Origin: Centroscyllium fabricii
Lineage: Eukaryota
Assembly: GCA_051313645.2 (NCBI GenBank)
Contig: JBNRSN020000029.1
Location: 49,972,001 to 50,036,000, forward strand
Direction: 5' to 3'
Length of the DNA: 64,000 nucleotides
In this document: positions 59,480 through 64,000 of the stretch, in pieces
Numbering within the stretch: position 1 is the stretch's first letter
Layout of the letters: each line of letters starts with the position of its first letter
Notes under the pieces: model-generated
Seen by the model: only the letters and a program-made list of their open reading frames with translations
What the model was told of the DNA's origin: nothing
Databases searched by the model: none
Position numbers and translations under genes: made by a program

Positions 59480-59753
59480 CAGGTTTGGCAGCGTTAATCC
59501 GGAAACTTCAATCGTCCGGAACGAATCCGGACGACTGGTCTGCGCATGTGCAAAATGGCTGCTGTGCTTGGCTGCTCAGGCCCGGGCCTCCCTGAACGAT
59601 AAGTGTGCGCATGCGCGTGCCAAAGCATCAATCAAAATGGCTGCCGGCCTTCGCGGTGGCCATTTTGAATGTCTGCGCACGCACTTGCCAAAGCTTCAAT
59701 CGTTTGGATTTTTGACTAATCCGGCACTGGCCTGGTCCAGAGTGCTCAACCTG
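59480..59753. mobile_element. pogo/Tigger-like MITE (inverse orientation of the 36017 family)
   Basis: TA TSD; CAGGTT..AACCTG termini. Confidence 0.8.
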
Positions 59754-60749
59754 TATTGAATCTGCTTTCACCGCCCTTTCAGGCAGCGTGTTCCAGATCA
59801 TAACAACTCGCTGTATCTAAATATTTCTCCTCTGTGGTTGTTTTACTAATGACATTACATCTGTGGCCTCTGGGTCCTGATCTCTTCCCTGCCTCCTGCT
59901 GGCAACAGTTTCTCCTTATTCTTATCAAAACTCTTCATAATTTTAAGCAGAACAACCCCAGCTGCTGCAGTCTGTTCCCCATAACTGAAGTCTCTCCGCC
60001 CTGGTCCTGTTCTGGTAAAATCTCCTCTGCACTCTCTTGCCATCCTTTGTGAAGTGTGGTCTCCAGAAGTGAACACAGTGCTCCAGCAGAGACCAAGCCA
60101 GTGATTTCTGAAGATTTAGCATAACCTGTTCTGTGGGTTTCTATTTATATATAAATTCCAGGAACCAGTGTGTTTTTTAACAGCCTTCTTGACTTGTCTT
60201 TACACTTTCATGTACCTGTCCAATCTATTCTTGAATGTTGGTGTTGTTGTGACATCACCCACAGTGAATTTCACAGCCTCCTCACAAACAAACGCTCTAA
60301 AGAGGTTTCTCTTGTTCACTGTTCCACAGGGGACAAGGACTTAAGAGCAACAGTCTGTAAGGGAGGAAATAGTCACAAGTACATGACTATACAGTTCCAC
60401 AAGTGTAGGGGCCTACATACAACCTTTAGTGAAACAACTTCATACATTACGAAAGCCCCTTCCATCGCAGGTGACCTGGGGCCAATGTTACCCTCAACCA
60501 ACATCACTTTAAATTTTAAAAAAAAGTGGTCATTATCACATTTCTGTTTGTGGGAGCTTGCTGTGTGTAAAATGGCTGCTGTGTTTCCTACATTACAATA
60601 GTGACCACTTTATAACCAACAAAAGGATATAATTTTTTAAGTGCATTAGGTGGGGGTCCGCCGCGAATAACCTCCAGGAGTTTTTTTTAACGGAAAATGC
60701 ACCCATCGCCTAAAGGTGGGAGTGAGCTGGGAGGAGGGGACCGAGTAAC

Positions 60750-61395
60750 ATCAAACTTTGCAGATGATACTAAGATGGGAGGTTAAGTAGTGAGTGAGGA
60801 GGACATATAAAAACCTGCAAGGGGACATAGATAGGCTAAGTAAGTGGGCAGAGATTTGGCAGATGGAATACAATACTGGAAAGTGTGAGGTCATGCACTT
60901 TGGCAGGAAAAACCATAGAGCTAGTTATTATCTTAATGGCAAGAAACTGGAAAGTACTGTAGTGCAAAGGGATCTGGGGGTCCTGGTGCAACAAACTCAA
61001 AAGGTTAGTATGCAGGTGCAGCAAGTGATCAAGAAGGCCAATGGAATGTTGGCTTTCATTGCTAGGGGGATAGAATAATAATTCAACTTGTCATACAAAG
61101 TACAAGTACATGAGCAACGAAATGTGATCTTGAGCTCCCAAGAGTCCAGCAAAGCCGCTGCGTCTGTGCGCGCCGTCTTTCCATCATTCACCCAGAGAGA
61201 GTTGAACCTGTGGAATTATCTACCACAGAAGGCAGTAGAGGCCAATTCATTAAACATATTCAAGAAGGAGTTAGATATATTTCGTAAGACTAAAGGGATA
61301 CGGGGTAGAAATCAGGGACAGTACTGAAATTGAATGATCAGCCATGATCAGAGCAGGCTCGAAGGGCTGAATGGCCTACTCCTGTTCCTCATATT
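60750..61395 (+). mobile_element. CR1 fragments
   Basis: LQGDIDRLSKWAEIWQMEYNTGKC. Confidence 0.8.
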
Positions 61396-61629
61396 CTCCA
61401 TTGAGTGAATAATGCAGCCATTTTTAAGGACTGGGAGGAGGGGGAAACACTGAAAAGGTTTTTCCATTCTGGGTAGTGTTGCCAACCTCTTCAGGATTGC
61501 CTTGGAGCCTCTGGGAATGCAATGACTGATCTCCATGGCAACTGCTGCGAGCAACACCCCGGGAGAGAAAGATCAGTGCGCCATTGAAAAAACTGAGTTT
61601 TTAAAACATTTTGTTTGAACTCTTTGGTT

Positions 61630-62350
61630 TGCTCGGCTTGACTGTTCCAACGCACTCCTGGCTGGCCTCCCACATTCTACCCTACGCAAACTTGAGGTCA
61701 TCTAAAACTCAGCTGCCTGTGTCCTAACCCGCACCAGCCACCGGGGCTGGAGCGTGCTACACTGCAGGATAACACACAGGGTGTGTCACACACAGGATAA
61801 GATACAAGAACAATAACTTGCATTTATCTCACAGCTTTAAGATACTAAAACATGCCAAGGCGCTTTACAGGAGCGATTATCAAACAAAATTCGACACCAA
61901 GCCACATAAGGATAAATTAGAACAGATGACCAAAAGCTTAATCAAAGAGGAAGGTTTTAAGGAGTGTATTAAAGGAGGAGGTGTAGGGAGGGAATTCCAG
62001 AGCTCGGGGCCCAGGCAGCTGAAGGCACGGCCACCAATGGCGGAGCGATGAAATTCGGGGATGCTCAAGAGGCCAGAACTGGAGGAGCGCAGAGATCTCG
62101 GAGGGTTGTGGGGCTGAAGGAGATTAGAGATAGGGAGGCGAGGCCATGGAGGGATTTGAAAACAAGGATGCGAATATGAAAATGGAGGTGTTGCTGGACC
62201 GCGAGACAATGTAGGTCAGCGAGCACGGGGTGATGGGCGAACAGGACTGCGAGTTAGGATACGGGCAGAAGACGATTGGATGAGTTTAAGGTGGAAGATG
62301 GGAGTCCGGCCAGGAGTGCATTGAAGTAGTCACGTCTAGAGGTAACAAGT
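61630..62350. mobile_element. L2-like LINE 3' fragments
   Basis: Minus-strand RSLRSSSSGLL..IGGRAFSCLGPELWNSLP. Confidence 0.7.
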
Positions 62351-62384
62351 GCAAAGAAGTGTGTTACACACAGGATAAGACACA

Positions 62385-62580
62385 GGCTGGAATGTGTCAC
62401 ATAGGCCGGAGTTTGTCACACAGGCCAGAGTGCGTCACACAAGCCGGAGTTTGTCTCACAGGCCGGAGTGCGTCACTCAGGCCGGAGTTTGTCACATAGC
62501 CCGGAGTTTGTGTCTCAGGCCTGAGTGCGTCGCACAGGCCGGAGTTTGTCTCAGGCCGGAGTGCGTCACACAGCCCTGAG
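62385..62580. repeat. About 20-22-bp minisatellite
   Basis: Repeated AGGCCGGAGT(TTG/GCG)TCACAC. Confidence 0.85.
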
Positions 62581-62583
62581 TGC

Positions 62584-62760
62584 TGACGTATCGTCAATAA
62601 TACTCAAAGACGAATAGTTAACTCAACTAAAGGCTTTTATTAACTATAAATGGAGCTGGTCTTCGGACGGGATCAGGATGGTGAGTGAATGAGAAATGGT
62701 GAACGCCCACCTATGTACTCCGACCTGAGGGGAGGAGCTGGAGGTGGGGCCGGAAAGGAC
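62584..62760 (-). mobile_element. Partial LTR related to Gypsy family A
   Basis: TGACGTATCGTCAATA and AACTAAAGGCTTTTA are reverse complements of the 3' part of the 8610-8900 LTR. Confidence 0.75.
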
Positions 62761-64000
62761 AGCCAACCATGGCTAAGTAAAGTAATAAAGGATAGTATTC
62801 TGCTAAAGGCAAGGGCATATACAGTGGGATGACAGAACATTGGGAAGCATTTAAAAGTCAGCAAAAAATAACAGATTAATTAAGAAGGGGAAAATAGATT
62901 ATGAAAGTAAATTAGCGAAAAATATAAAAACTGATAGCAAGAGTTTTTATAGTTATATAAAAAGAAAAAGGGTGGCTAAGGTGAATGTTGGTCCATTGGA
63001 GGTTGAGACTGGGAATTTGTTGGTGGGGAACATGGAGATGGCAAAAGCATTAAACGATTATTTTGTATCAGTCTTTACTGTAGAAGACATTAAAAATATT
63101 CCAACGCTGGATAAACAGGGGGCTATAGGAATGGAGGAGCTAAGCACTATTAAGATCACTAAGGAGATGGTATTAGGTAAATTAATGGGACTTAAGGCGG
63201 ATAAATCCCCTGGGCCTGATGGATTACATCCTAGGGTCTTGAGAGAAATAGCGGTAGGGATTGTGGATGCATTGGTGATAATTTTCCAAAACTCCCTGGA
63301 GTCAGGAAGGGTCCCGGCAGATTGGAAAATGGCTAATGTAACACCTATATTTAAAAAGGGAAATAGACAGAAGGCTGGTAACTATAGTCTAACATCTGTG
63401 GTGGGTAAAATGTTGGAGACCATTATTAAAGAAACACTGACGGGGCATTTGGATAAACAGAACTTAATCGGACAGAGTCAGCATGGTTTTACGAAGGGGA
63501 AGTCATGTTTGACTAATTTGCTCGAATTCTTTGAGGAAGTAACATCTCTGGTGGATAAAGGGGAACTGGTGGATGTGGTATACTTGGACTTCCAAAAGGC
63601 ATTTGACAAGGTGCCACATAAGAGACTATTGCTTAAGATAAAAAATCACGGGATTGGGGGTAATATATTAGCATGGGTAGAAGATTGGCTTTCAAACAGG
63701 AAGCAGAGAGTTGGGATAAATGGTTCATACTCGGGATGGCAATCGGTGACTAGTGGTGTTCCGCAGGGGTCGGTGCTGGGACCCCAGCTGTTTACAATCT
63801 ATATAAATGATTTGGAGGAGGGGACCAAGTGTAATATATCAAAGTTTGCAGATGACACAAAAATGGGAGGAAAAGCAGGGAGTGAGGAGGACAGAAAAAG
63901 CCTGCAAAAGGATATAGATAAGCTAGGTGAGTGGGCAGCGATTTGGCAGATGAAATTTAATACTGGTAAATGTGAAGTTATACATTTTGGAAAAAGAAAT
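62761..64000 (+). mobile_element. CR1 LINE RT region running off the window
   Basis: KSPGPDGLHPRVL, YLDFQKAFDKVPH, GVPQGSVLGP, FADDTK. Confidence 0.92.

Overview
Repeat-dense vertebrate genomic DNA, most likely from a cartilaginous fish, judging by the HE1-type tRNA SINEs, abundant CR1/HER1-like LINEs and Harbinger/pogo MITEs. No complete host protein-coding gene is visible. Most of the window is nested transposons: three young full-length Gypsy LTR retrotransposons (8610-13414 +, 20860-25394 +, 26519-31096 -), solo LTRs, an RTE-X-like LINE, a Harbinger transposase, seven pogo/Tigger-like MITEs and Penelope-like fragments carrying minimal hammerhead ribozyme motifs. The main non-transposon feature is a spliced non-coding host gene on the + strand (about 50.4-59.2 kb). 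Its introns carry one SNORD48-like and eight tandemly amplified SNORD52-like box C/D snoRNAs, making it an SNHG32/C6orf48-like locus (MHC class III in human). The SNORD52 copies share a conserved second antisense element. There is also a CCAAT/GC-box promoter at about 20.2-20.4 kb and candidate exons of an unidentified minus-strand gene. Family names and rRNA targets come from recalled sequences, not database searches.
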